Assembly: GCA_026395055.1 (NCBI GenBank)
Contig: JAPLZK010000004.1
Span: 273,891-337,890 of the forward strand
Length of the DNA stretch: 64,000 nt
Direction of reading: 5' to 3'
From: Candidatus Uhrbacteria bacterium
GTDB taxonomy: Bacteria > Patescibacteriota > Patescibacteriia > UBA9934 > GWF2-40-263
Shown here: one piece after another, positions 8,866 through 18,040 of the stretch
Layout of the letters: the number at the start of each line of letters is the position of its first letter
How positions within the stretch are numbered: position 1 is the first letter of the stretch
Program-made: the position numbers and the translations under genes
Notes under the pieces: model-generated
The model's database searches: none
Told to the model about the DNA's origin: nothing
The model's input: the letters and a program-made list of their open reading frames with translations, nothing else

Positions 8866-10350
8866 ATGGAACGGTATCATTACGGACAATTGCGATTTTG
8901 GGAGATGCTCCCCGGCCTTGTGGTCTGGGGAACATTTATTTTGTCACTCACGCTTTCCTTTATTGAACCGCTTTGGGTGATTGTCTTTATTATCGTCTTT
9001 GATCTGCTTTGGTTGTATCGCATTATCTATTTCAATTTGTTTGTGGTGATTGCGTGGGCAACGTATCGCAAGACCATTAAAATCGATTGGAAACAAAAAC
9101 TTGTTGGGGTTTCCGATGCGGATTCAAAGATCCATCTCATTTTTCTTCCGACCTACAAAGAAGAATATGAAATTATTGAAACAACGCTTACATCGCTTCA
9201 ACACAATTCTTTTCCTTCCGATCGCATGATGATTGTGCTTGGTGGGGAAGAAGGAGATCGTGTGCACTTTGAGGGAGTTGCGGCGCGCGCACAAGAAAAA
9301 TTTGGATCCGTTTTTAAAAAGTTGATCATCACGCTACATCCAAAAGGATTGCCAAATGAAATGTCTGGCAAAGGATCAAACTTGAATTGGATGGGGCATC
9401 GTGTAGAAGAAGTGCTTCAGGAAGAATTTCCCGCGTTGAAAGATGAAGACATGATTGTTTCTGCCTTTGACGTTGATACCATTGCACACGAGCACTATTT
9501 TTCGTACCTGACGTATTTGTATTGCACGGTAAAAGATCCAACACACAGCTCCTATCAACCAATCGCTCTGTTCTCGAATAACATTTGGACCGCGTCTGCT
9601 CCTGTGCGTATTGGAGCGTTCGGAACCACCTTCTGGTTGTTTGGAGAACTCGCACGCTCAGAGCGTTTGTGGACATTCTCTTCACATTCCATGTCCTGGA
9701 AGATGTTGCGCGATGTTCGATTTTGGCAAAAAGATATTGTGAGTGAAGATTCGCGTATCTTTATGCAAGCCTTTTTACATTATCATGGGGATTATCGCGT
9801 GACCCCTATGTTCCTTCCTGTGTCTATGGATGCTGTGACCGGAAAGACCTATGTTGAATCCCTGGTCGCGCTTTATAAACAAATGCGACGTTGGGCATGG
9901 GGTGTGGAACACTTGCCGTATTTGATTGATGGATTCAGACGCGATCCTTCTATTCCACGATTCAAAAAATTTCAATATATTTTCAATCATTTGGAAGGAA
10001 TGTTCACGTGGGCAACAGCACCGATCATTATGTTCTTGCTAGGTTGGCTTCCGCTTTGGGTTGCAAAAGGACAAACGAACGCCATCATTCAAGCGGCACC
10101 ATTCACGCTTGAACAATTGATGCGACTCGCCATGATTGGAATCGTGCTTTCTGCGAGCATGTCGCTTACCTTGTTACCACGAAGACCAGGAACGGTTCGA
10201 CCTTACGCATGGATTATTATGCTTTTACAATGGGCATTGCTGCCTATCACCTTTATTGTCTTTGGATCCTTACCAGCGGTGGACGCGCAAACACGTCTCA
10301 TGATTGGAAAGTATTTAGGATTTGAAGTGACAAAAAAACAACGAAAATAA
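8866..10350 (+). CDS. Processive family-2 membrane glycosyltransferase (cellulose/chitin/hyaluronan-synthase-like)
   Basis: N-terminal TM helices, D,D-type motifs, an ED motif (VSEDSR) and a QxxRW motif (YKQMRRWAWG), then C-terminal TM helices. Confidence 0.65.
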   Translation: MERYHYGQLRFWEMLPGLVVWGTFILSLTLSFIEPLWVIVFIIVFDLLWLYRIIYFNLFVVIAWATYRKTIKIDWKQKLVGVSDADSKIHLIFLPTYKEEYEIIETTLTSLQHNSFPSDRMMIVLGGEEGDRVHFEGVAARAQEKFGSVFKKLIITLHPKGLPNEMSGKGSNLNWMGHRVEEVLQEEFPALKDEDMIVSAFDVDTIAHEHYFSYLTYLYCTVKDPTHSSYQPIALFSNNIWTASAPVRIGAFGTTFWLFGELARSERLWTFSSHSMSWKMLRDVRFWQKDIVSEDSRIFMQAFLHYHGDYRVTPMFLPVSMDAVTGKTYVESLVALYKQMRRWAWGVEHLPYLIDGFRRDPSIPRFKKFQYIFNHLEGMFTWATAPIIMFLLGWLPLWVAKGQTNAIIQAAPFTLEQLMRLAMIGIVLSASMSLTLLPRRPGTVRPYAWIIMLLQWALLPITFIVFGSLPAVDAQTRLMIGKYLGFEVTKKQRK

Positions 10351-10352
10351 GT

Positions 10353-11405
10353 ATGTACCCAAAGATCTCCATCAACATTGTCTCATGGAACTCCATGCAA
10401 TTCATTCCGGATTTGCTTGCGTCCATTGAAAAGCAAACCATGCAGGATTTTCAGGTTCTTATTGTTGATAATGGATCAAGTGACGGTATTGAATCTTTTT
10501 TGCAAGAAAAATATCCGCACGTACGCTTTATTCGTAATGCGCGTAATTTAGGTTTTTCTGGTGCGCACAACCAAGGGGTCCGTTATGCATTGGAGCACTG
10601 GGGAGACGCAGAGCTTGATGATAAATTTATTTTGATTACAAATCCAGATATTATTTTTACCCCCACGTATCTTGAGGAGTTGCTTCAAGCAACACAGGGA
10701 AAAGATGCGTACGGAGCGTTCGGTGGAAAATTGTTGCGCGCATACGGAGAAGGTCTCACAGACGAAGTGTTGCGTGAAACAGTCCGTTCGGATCGTTTGG
10801 ATTCAACCGGACTTCGGTTTCACAAAAATTATACGTTTACGGATCGTGGGGCAGGAGAATTAGACGAGGGACAGTATGACCAGGCAGAAGAAGTGTTTGG
10901 GTTGTCCGGCGCGCTTGTGTTGTATCGAGCACGCGCTCTTCAGTCTGTTCGCTATAACGATGAATTTTTTGATCACGATTTTTTTGCGTATAAAGAAGAT
11001 GTCGACATGGCGTTTCGTATGCAATATGCCGGATGGTCTGCTTGGTATGCGCCACGCGCCGTTGCGTATCATTATCGCGGCATGTACGGGCAAGAGAAGA
11101 TGGGCTTCTTTGCGCGCATCAAAAATCGTAAAAACAAATCGTTGCATCGCAGTTATTTTTCCACGCGTAACCACTGGCTCCTTTTACTAAAAGATCTCGA
11201 TGCTGTTTCTGCTCTCGTCCTTTTCCCACGACTCTTCCTTGCGGAAGTTGCGCGACTTGGTTACATTCTCACGCTCGAGATGAAAAATGTGAAAGCGATT
11301 TTCGACGCTCTAAAATTGGTTCCGCGCATTTGGACGAAGCGTCGTGTAACCATGCGCACAAAAGTTGTTCCCGGTCGGATGATTCGTAAAAAATTTGCGG
11401 AATAA
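10353..11405 (+). CDS. Glycosyltransferase family 2
   Basis: N-terminal ISINIVSWNS...LIVDNGSSDG...NLGFSGAHNQG matches GT-A/GT2 signatures. Confidence 0.75.
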   Translation: MYPKISINIVSWNSMQFIPDLLASIEKQTMQDFQVLIVDNGSSDGIESFLQEKYPHVRFIRNARNLGFSGAHNQGVRYALEHWGDAELDDKFILITNPDIIFTPTYLEELLQATQGKDAYGAFGGKLLRAYGEGLTDEVLRETVRSDRLDSTGLRFHKNYTFTDRGAGELDEGQYDQAEEVFGLSGALVLYRARALQSVRYNDEFFDHDFFAYKEDVDMAFRMQYAGWSAWYAPRAVAYHYRGMYGQEKMGFFARIKNRKNKSLHRSYFSTRNHWLLLLKDLDAVSALVLFPRLFLAEVARLGYILTLEMKNVKAIFDALKLVPRIWTKRRVTMRTKVVPGRMIRKKFAE

Positions 11406-11410
11406 TTTGT

Positions 11411-12223
11411 ATGAAAAAAGATGTCTCCATTCTCATCGTGCACTACAATACGCCAAAGTTGTTGCGCCAGACACTCAAAGGAATTTTCGCGATGAAGTCC
11501 GCAGCTTCATTTGAAGTGATTGTTGTTGATAATAATCCAAACATCCGAGTGGATGAAATGATTCGTAGTGAATTTCCAGAGGTGAAGTTGCTTCTGTCTG
11601 ATCACAACATCGGATTCGGAAATGGGATGAATCTTGCGATGGTGAATGCCGTTGGTCGCTATTTGTTTATTTTCAATCCAGATATTGCCATTAATGATCA
11701 CGCGCTTGATGATCTCATCAAATACATGGACGCGCATACAGATGTTGGAATGGTGTCTCCTCGTTTATCGAATCCAGATGGAAGTTTGCAGTCGAGTTGT
11801 TATCGATTCATGGGGCCGGAGATTATTTTATATCGACGTCTCCCAATTCTTGCGAAATTACCGTTCGCAAAGAAAGCGGTTGATCATTATCTCATGAAAG
11901 ATTGGGATCATGCAGAAACACGTGATGTGGATTACGTTTTGGGTGCGGCCATGTTTGTGCGTCGTGAGGCGTATGAAGTGGTTGGTGGGTTTGATCCGAA
12001 TTATTTTATTTATTTTGAAGATCAAGACTGGTGCCGACGTTTCTGGAAAGCGGGATTTCGCGTTGTATACCATCCAGAAGCAAACTTTGTGCATTATCAC
12101 CGTCGCGAAACCGCAGAAGGCGGATTTCTGGGTCAAATCTTGAACCCGCTTACACGCAAACAAATGAAAAGTGCGATATACTACTACCGTAAATATCGTG
12201 GAGAAAAACATCCACGCGTGTAA
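11411..12223 (+). CDS. Glycosyltransferase family 2
   Basis: SILIVHYN...VIVVDNNP...NIGFGNGMN GT2 signatures; ED...W at the C-terminus. Confidence 0.75.
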   Translation: MKKDVSILIVHYNTPKLLRQTLKGIFAMKSAASFEVIVVDNNPNIRVDEMIRSEFPEVKLLLSDHNIGFGNGMNLAMVNAVGRYLFIFNPDIAINDHALDDLIKYMDAHTDVGMVSPRLSNPDGSLQSSCYRFMGPEIILYRRLPILAKLPFAKKAVDHYLMKDWDHAETRDVDYVLGAAMFVRREAYEVVGGFDPNYFIYFEDQDWCRRFWKAGFRVVYHPEANFVHYHRRETAEGGFLGQILNPLTRKQMKSAIYYYRKYRGEKHPRV

Positions 12224-12227
12224 TGTC

Positions 12228-14273
12228 ATGACTCATACTCCTTCGTTCCTCGAACATGCTTCGGGCACGTCTCATAAAGCGCATCGCAGAAATTTGCTTC
12301 CGCGAAAAATTTTGTTTTGGTCGTTGATTGTGTTCATTGTGTACGTGTGTGTTCTTGCGTTTGCCGCCGTTGAAGTTTATACACACACAAATGATGCGGT
12401 TGCTGCGTTGAAGCAGGCAAAAGCAGAAGGAACCGCGTTGCATTTTGAAAGTGCACAACAATCGTTGTCGGACGCACAAGCCGCGTTTACACAAGCAAAG
12501 CGTTTTTCTCCCATCTTAAAAACGGCCGTCATTATTCCGTTCGTTGGATCTTCCGTCGCACAGTCAGATGCGTTGATTACCGCAGGACAGGATGTTGTTT
12601 CGTCTTTGCAATCTGTTTCAGATATTGGACAAAGTGTTTTGCAATTATCTGGATTGAATGAAAAATATTTTCAAGAGGTCAAAAGCGGAACACGTCCACG
12701 CGTTTCTTTTTCCGATTTATCGCCTCAAACAAAACAATTAGTGCTTGCAAGACTTTCTGCGTCTTCCAATCAATTCTCTGTGTTGTCGAGTCGTCTTCAG
12801 CTTGTGCAAGACGAGCTTGGAGATCTTTCCAATAAAACATCCATTGGAGCATTTGCGAGCATGATCACGTCCGCACAAGAAGATCTTTCACAAACACAAA
12901 ATACCTTACAACGCGTCAGTTTGTTTACAGATCTTGTTCCGGCCTTTTCAGGAGTTGGAAAAACCGCACATCATCTTATTTTATTTTTAAATAATACAGA
13001 GTTGCGTCCCGCAGGAGGGTTTGTAGGAAATTATGGAATTGCAACCGTTACAAATGGTTCTGTGGATTCCGTAAAGACATCGGACGTTTACGCCCTTGAT
13101 CGTTTGGCAGAAGCACAAAAAAGTACGCCACTCACTCCAAAAGAAGCAGCTCCGTTTGCGCTTCAGCAATATAACGCAACACCGGATTGGTATTTCCGAG
13201 ATGCAAACTGGTCCCCAGATTTTTCTGTGAGCGCACAGAAACTTATTTCAAAATACACAGAAGAAACGGCTGTCATGCCGGTTGCCTTACGCGCAACCAT
13301 TCCTTACGCAGATTCAATTGATGGAGTGATTGCGTTTACTCCAACGTTTGCGGCGCGCATATTGAATCTTGTGGGTCCTGTCACAGTTGGTGGACAGACG
13401 TTTACCGCAGAAAATATTGCCGACAAACTTGAATATCAGGTTGAGTACGCGTATGCCAAACAAGGGATTCCAGAAGCACAACGCAAAGAGGTGATTGGAC
13501 AGCTCATGGATGCCGTTGTGAAAAAAATGACAGACATGCCACTTGCAGATTGGATGAGTGTGCTTACGCTCATGAATGATGCGTTCGCAACAAAACAGCT
13601 TTTTGTGTACCACACAAAACCGGATGTTGAAAAAGTCCTTGTGCATGCAGGATGGTCTGGAAACATTGTTGCACCACCCGCTGTATCAGATGTTCAGTTG
13701 GTTGTAGACGCAAACCTTGCAAGTTTAAAATCCGATCCTGTTGTGGAGAGGACGATTCACTACGAAATCACAAAAGATGCAAACGGAAATCGTATTGGAA
13801 GAACATCCATCACCTATCATCACACCGGAACATTTGATTGGAAGACAACGCGCTACAGAACGTATACGCGATTGTACGTTCCTCTTGGTTCTGAGTTGAT
13901 TCGTGTGACCGGAGCGCTTAAAAATGATCGCACACAAAACCCAATGGGGGCAGCAGGTGCGCCAGATATTTCTTCTGAGCTTGGGATGACCGTGTTTGGG
14001 GCGTTTATTGCGATTGAACCTGGAGCAACAGGAACGCTTACCTTTGAGTACAAACTAGCAGACACAGTACGCGCGGCAATTGCAAGCGGAACATACACAC
14101 TCCACGCGCTTAAACAAGATGGTGCAGGAAATCATGCGTTGACGCTCGACCTTGATTTTGGTAAGAATGTGCTGCATGCCGTGCCCGCAGAGGATGCAAA
14201 AGAATGGGGAGATGCACACTATAAAGCAAAAACGATTTTGGATCAGGATAAAGTATTTCAGATTGGACTGTAA
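12228..14273 (+). CDS. DUF4012-like membrane-anchored protein
   Basis: N-terminal TM, then the motif NNTELRPAGGFVGNYG characteristic of DUF4012 proteins found next to cell-wall glycopolymer genes. Start taken at ATG 12228, right after the previous stop. Confidence 0.55.
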   Translation: MTHTPSFLEHASGTSHKAHRRNLLPRKILFWSLIVFIVYVCVLAFAAVEVYTHTNDAVAALKQAKAEGTALHFESAQQSLSDAQAAFTQAKRFSPILKTAVIIPFVGSSVAQSDALITAGQDVVSSLQSVSDIGQSVLQLSGLNEKYFQEVKSGTRPRVSFSDLSPQTKQLVLARLSASSNQFSVLSSRLQLVQDELGDLSNKTSIGAFASMITSAQEDLSQTQNTLQRVSLFTDLVPAFSGVGKTAHHLILFLNNTELRPAGGFVGNYGIATVTNGSVDSVKTSDVYALDRLAEAQKSTPLTPKEAAPFALQQYNATPDWYFRDANWSPDFSVSAQKLISKYTEETAVMPVALRATIPYADSIDGVIAFTPTFAARILNLVGPVTVGGQTFTAENIADKLEYQVEYAYAKQGIPEAQRKEVIGQLMDAVVKKMTDMPLADWMSVLTLMNDAFATKQLFVYHTKPDVEKVLVHAGWSGNIVAPPAVSDVQLVVDANLASLKSDPVVERTIHYEITKDANGNRIGRTSITYHHTGTFDWKTTRYRTYTRLYVPLGSELIRVTGALKNDRTQNPMGAAGAPDISSELGMTVFGAFIAIEPGATGTLTFEYKLADTVRAAIASGTYTLHALKQDGAGNHALTLDLDFGKNVLHAVPAEDAKEWGDAHYKAKTILDQDKVFQIGL

Positions 14274-14287
14274 TAGATTGTTTCCGT

Positions 14288-15292
14288 ATGTTCGCAAAAA
14301 AAATCGGTATCGACCTTGGAACAACCACTGTTCTCGTTTATGTCCCTAAGCGCGGAATTATTATTCACGAACCTTCTGTCGTGGCGGTTTCGTATACAGA
14401 CAAAAAAGTGTTGGCCGTGGGAAAAGAAGCAAAAGACATGTTGGGCCGAACGCCAGATACGATTGTTGCGCGTCGACCATTGAAAGATGGTGTGATTGCG
14501 GATTATAGAACAACAGAAGCCATGCTTCGTTATTTTATTAATAAAGCCCTCGGAGGATTTCGATTGTTTCGCCCAGAAGTGATGGTTGCGGTTCCAGGCG
14601 GAATCACTTCCACGGAACGACGTGCAGTTATTGATGCAACACTCGCGGCGGGAGCAAAAGCTGCCTATATTATTAAAGAACCGATCGTAGCAGCTATTGG
14701 GGCAAATATTCCGATTGGAAGTCCAAGTGGTCACATGATTATTGATATTGGGGGAGGAACGTCTGAGATGGCCGTCATTTCTCTTGGGGGAATTGTGGCA
14801 TCTGAATCTGTTCGCATTGGTGGCGTGAAGTTCGATTTGGCGATTTCAGAATATATCCGTCGCAAATACGGACTCGCGATTGGAGAACGAACATCAGAAG
14901 ATATTAAAATTCAAATTGGCGCGGCCATGTATCTTCCCGACAAACTTACGATGGAAGTGAAAGGACGCGACATGATTACCGGACTTCCAAAGTTGATCGA
15001 AGTCACATCTGACGACGTGACGGCAGCCATTCAAAATGAACTAGAGGGAATTATTGCAACCGTAAAAGAAGTGTTGCACAAAACGCCACCAGAACTTTCG
15101 GCCGACGTCATGGACAGAGGAATCGTTCTCTCTGGCGGATCCTCACAATTACGAAGTCTCGACACATTGATTGCGGAGGCAACAGGTGTTCCAACATTTC
15201 TTGCAGAAGACCCGCAACAGTGTGTGGCAAAGGGAACCGGAATCGCGCTTGAAAACTTAGAAGCTTATAAGAGAAGTATTTTTACGAGCTAA
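14288..15292 (+). CDS. mreB: Rod-shape-determining protein MreB
   Basis: IGIDLGTTTV...VVAVGKEAK...RPLKDGVIAD...IDIGGGTSE...LSGGSS actin-fold motifs; 334 aa. Confidence 0.9.
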   Translation: MFAKKIGIDLGTTTVLVYVPKRGIIIHEPSVVAVSYTDKKVLAVGKEAKDMLGRTPDTIVARRPLKDGVIADYRTTEAMLRYFINKALGGFRLFRPEVMVAVPGGITSTERRAVIDATLAAGAKAAYIIKEPIVAAIGANIPIGSPSGHMIIDIGGGTSEMAVISLGGIVASESVRIGGVKFDLAISEYIRRKYGLAIGERTSEDIKIQIGAAMYLPDKLTMEVKGRDMITGLPKLIEVTSDDVTAAIQNELEGIIATVKEVLHKTPPELSADVMDRGIVLSGGSSQLRSLDTLIAEATGVPTFLAEDPQQCVAKGTGIALENLEAYKRSIFTS

Positions 15293-15295
15293 AAT

Positions 15296-16510
15296 ATGGA
15301 GGTCAATTTGCTTAACAACTCTGCAAAATCGGTCGTCTATGCGATTGATGCCTGGTCCGCGAATCAAAAAAAGAAGACCGGTGTGGAGATGTATGCGTTT
15401 CAATTGATTCAGGCAATGAAAAAACACGCGCTCGCAGAAAACGAGCGTGTGGTTTTGTATTCGCCAACGAAGCTTGAGGGGGCGCTTGCAGAATTACCGA
15501 ACGGATGGGAAGAAAAGATTGTTGCATGGCCAACGAAATCAAGTTGGTTTCCTGTTGGGTGGATGCAAGCCCGCATGAGCTTCGAGCTGTTTCAACATCC
15601 ACCATCCGTTTTATTCGTTCCGTCCCAAGGACTTCCTCGACAATTTCCGGGAGTGTCTTATCCGATTCTCACAACAGTGCACGATCTTGGATTTTTGCGT
15701 GCGCCGAATTTATATGACTCCGCATCACGGAAACGTTTGTCGAAATTGACGAAGCGCTCCGTAAAAAATGCGTCTCACCTCATAACCGTGTCCGAATTCT
15801 CGAAGTCCGAGATTGTTTCGCTTTACTCGCAGTCCCTCCCCCCTGCCAAGGGGGGAGTTGGAGGGGGGTCTCGGATCTCGACCACATATCTTGCGGCAGA
15901 TACATCCATCTACAAACGGTTATCTCGAGAAGAGATTGAACCTGTTTTGCAACGTCATCGCATCGGGAAACATTTTTTTCTGTATGTGGGGAGACTCGAT
16001 CAAAAGAAAAATGTGGAAACCCTTATTCGTGCGTTTGACCAGTTCAAACTTGATCGCGGTGTTGGAGATCCGTACGAGCTTGTCCTTGTTGGTGAGCCTG
16101 GATTTGGTTTTGCAAGCATGAAGAATTGGATCGACCACTCAACGGCGAAAGATCAAATTCACACGCTCGGATATCTTGAAGACGCAGACGTGGCAGCACT
16201 CATGAACGCCGCAACCGCATTTGTTTTTCCATCGTGGTACGAAGGATTTGGAATTCCCAATGTAGAAGCGATGTCTTCGGGAACTCCACTTCTTGTTTCT
16301 GATATTCCTGTTCATCGAGAAATCTTAGGTGATGCTGCAATGTTTGTTACGCCTTCTGAACCTGAGCCTTGGGTGCATGCCATGAAACAACTTGCCGAAG
16401 ATGCGTTGCTTCGTGAGCAGTTGATCACCAAAGGGTCTATTCGATCGAATCTGTTTGACTGGAATAAAACCGCGATGCAGACATGGGAAGTTTTGCGCAG
16501 TCTGATATAA
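15296..16510 (+). CDS. Glycosyltransferase family 4 (GT-B, GT1-like)
   Basis: FLYVGRLDQKKN...EGFGIPNVEAMSSGTPLLVSDIP...E(X7)E signature. Contains an in-frame G/C palindromic insertion (see repeat 15831..15873). Confidence 0.75.
   Translation: MEVNLLNNSAKSVVYAIDAWSANQKKKTGVEMYAFQLIQAMKKHALAENERVVLYSPTKLEGALAELPNGWEEKIVAWPTKSSWFPVGWMQARMSFELFQHPPSVLFVPSQGLPRQFPGVSYPILTTVHDLGFLRAPNLYDSASRKRLSKLTKRSVKNASHLITVSEFSKSEIVSLYSQSLPPAKGGVGGGSRISTTYLAADTSIYKRLSREEIEPVLQRHRIGKHFFLYVGRLDQKKNVETLIRAFDQFKLDRGVGDPYELVLVGEPGFGFASMKNWIDHSTAKDQIHTLGYLEDADVAALMNAATAFVFPSWYEGFGIPNVEAMSSGTPLLVSDIPVHREILGDAAMFVTPSEPEPWVHAMKQLAEDALLREQLITKGSIRSNLFDWNKTAMQTWEVLRSLI
15831..15873. repeat. G/C-rich palindromic element, copy B (CTCCCCCC tgccaa GGGGGGAG plus a second GGAGGGGGG), in-frame inside the GT4 CDS (encodes LPPAKGGVGGG)
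   Basis: Perfect 8-bp stem. Same family as 3343, 17747 and 23117. Confidence 0.6.
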
Positions 16511-16519
16511 TCGAACAAT

Positions 16520-17290
16520 ATGGATCAACTCCTCACAGAATTAAAACATCTTGGTCTCTCCGAAAAAGAGGCGCAGGTTTATCTTTCCTCTCTTGAACTT
16601 GGACCCGCACCGGTTCAAGATATTTCGCATAAGGCAAAAGTGAATCGTGCCACAACATACGTGATGATCGAAGCGCTTTCTTCTCGTGGACTCATGTCTA
16701 CGTTTGTGAAAGGGAAGAAACGTTATTATGTTCCGGAGAGTCCAGATCGATTGCTTTCGATCTTGCGGATCCAACAAAAAGAGTTGGAAGAAAAACAAAA
16801 TGAATTTCAAAAGACCTTGCCAATGTTGCTTGCTCTCTTTAATGCGGAAGGGGCAAAGCCACAGATTCGGTATCTGGAAGGGCTTGAGGGTTTGAAGACG
16901 CTTCGTGAAACATTTGAAAAAATGGAAGGAGAGTTTGTACAGATTGTTCCGTACGACGATGTGTTGGTTGCACAAGAAATTTTGCAAGATTTAGAACGTC
17001 ATGCGAGTGAACTGCATGCCGCAAAGACGCCGCACCGTGTGCTCGCTGTCATGTCGAATCCAGAGAACGCGTCAAAAATTCCTCATGTTGGCGACGGGGA
17101 AGTTCGTGTTGTTTCATCAAAAGATTTTCCCATGCACGGAGAAATTACGGTTCGCGGAAATCATGTCTTTTTGTTTTCGTATAAATCCGCCATGCTCGCC
17201 GTTGTCATCATCAGCAAAGAAATTGCAGATGCCATGCGCGGGTTGTTTAATCTGGCTTGGAAAGGTGCGGAAGAATATTCTCCAAAATAA
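16520..17290 (+). CDS. TrmB-family transcriptional regulator
   Basis: N-terminal LGLSEKEAQVYLSSLELGPAPVQDIS wHTH typical of TrmB; about 250 aa. Confidence 0.7.
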   Translation: MDQLLTELKHLGLSEKEAQVYLSSLELGPAPVQDISHKAKVNRATTYVMIEALSSRGLMSTFVKGKKRYYVPESPDRLLSILRIQQKELEEKQNEFQKTLPMLLALFNAEGAKPQIRYLEGLEGLKTLRETFEKMEGEFVQIVPYDDVLVAQEILQDLERHASELHAAKTPHRVLAVMSNPENASKIPHVGDGEVRVVSSKDFPMHGEITVRGNHVFLFSYKSAMLAVVIISKEIADAMRGLFNLAWKGAEEYSPK

Positions 17291-17292
17291 AA

Positions 17293-17320
17293 AAAGAGAT
17301 CATCAAGGTTTGATGATCGC
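17293..17320 (-). terminator. Hairpin GATCATCA-agg/ttt-TGATGATC with the T-run on the minus strand
   Basis: Perfect 8-bp stem. The poly-T follows the hairpin only when read on the minus strand, which suggests a minus-strand unit ends here. Confidence 0.4.
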
Positions 17321-17385
17321 GTAGGACAGGAAGAGGCTGCTCACCAAAAGAGGGAGCGGATGAGTGAGACATTCAAAGAGCTGTC

Positions 17386-17760
17386 GGGGAGTGAGATAAG
17401 GAGTTCGACGGGCGTGTCCAGGGAAAAGAAGTCAGCTACCAGTGCCGCAGTGCATGTGGGGCCGTAAGGATATTGGGTCCGCAAGGAGCGGGTTCCTTGC
17501 GTCGGCATACATGCGTAGGGCACACTTTGTAGCTTCGTTCAGTTCGCGCTCAATCATGGTCATGACACGGTCTCCAGGAGGGGAGCAGTCATGGACGGAT
17601 TTTGGATACGGGTTACGGAACTCATACTGACCTCATTCGACAAGACCCTGTGTCTCATCTATCGCCTCTTCCTCTCGTTTGGAAGAGAAGATAAATCTAT
17701 CATGTTTTCTTGAAAATGTCAATGTGGGGCGGCAGACCCCATGTGACCACCCCCTAACCC
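17386..17760 (+). ncRNA. tmRNA (ssrA)-like 5' segment; 3' tRNA-like half not identified
   Basis: GGGGAGUGAGAUAAGGAGUUCGACGGGCGUG closely matches the conserved tmRNA 5' end GGGGnuGAuucuGGAUUCGACGGG. Hairpins follow downstream. No canonical tag ORF or GGUUCGAnUCC T-arm was found. Confidence 0.2.
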
Positions 17761-17782
17761 CCTCCTTGTGAAGGAGGGGGGA
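17747..17782. repeat. G/C-rich palindromic element, copy C (GACCACCCCCTAACCCCCTCCTT gtg AAGGAGGGGGG)
   Basis: Perfect 10-bp stem. Nearly identical to copy D at 23117, including the GACCACCCCC prefix. Confidence 0.65.
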
Positions 17783-17794
17783 AATAGAAACAAA

Positions 17795-17820
17795 AAATAC
17801 CCTTATGGGTATTTTTTCTC
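17795..17820. terminator. Symmetric terminator hairpin AAAAAATACCC tta TGGGTATTTTTT
   Basis: Perfect stem with an A-run on one side and a T-run on the other, at the left edge of the high-GC island. Confidence 0.6.
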
Positions 17821-17973
17821 GTTTTGAGGGAGAGATGGTCTTGCGACCTATTCACATCACGAGAGAACATGAGGTGGATAGGTCGAGAGATTGTTTTTAG
17901 GTACGATGATTCTAGACTATTGCCTGTCATTGCGAGAAGTTCGACGACGCGGCAATCTTTTTGTCCAAGAATT

Positions 17974-18040
17974 CAGATGTCACAAGTTGAAACTTATGAT
18001 CTCTGAAAGCTGCGCGACGGGACTGTGGGGAAAGAGGGAT
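17974..18040. repeat. Island repeat family 1, copy 1 (..GATCTCTGAAAGCTGCGCGACGGGACTGTGGGGAAAGAGGGA)
   Basis: About 65 nt, aligns with copies at 20097 and 21715 (AGATGCCGCGAGTnTTnACTCACGAnCTCT...CGACGG). Confidence 0.6.

Noticed and set aside
11858-12494. Minus-strand ORFs (123 aa, 114 aa) overlapping the GT2 and DUF4012 genes
   Set aside because: They are antisense to plus-strand genes that carry clear GT2 and DUF4012 signatures and tight operon spacing.
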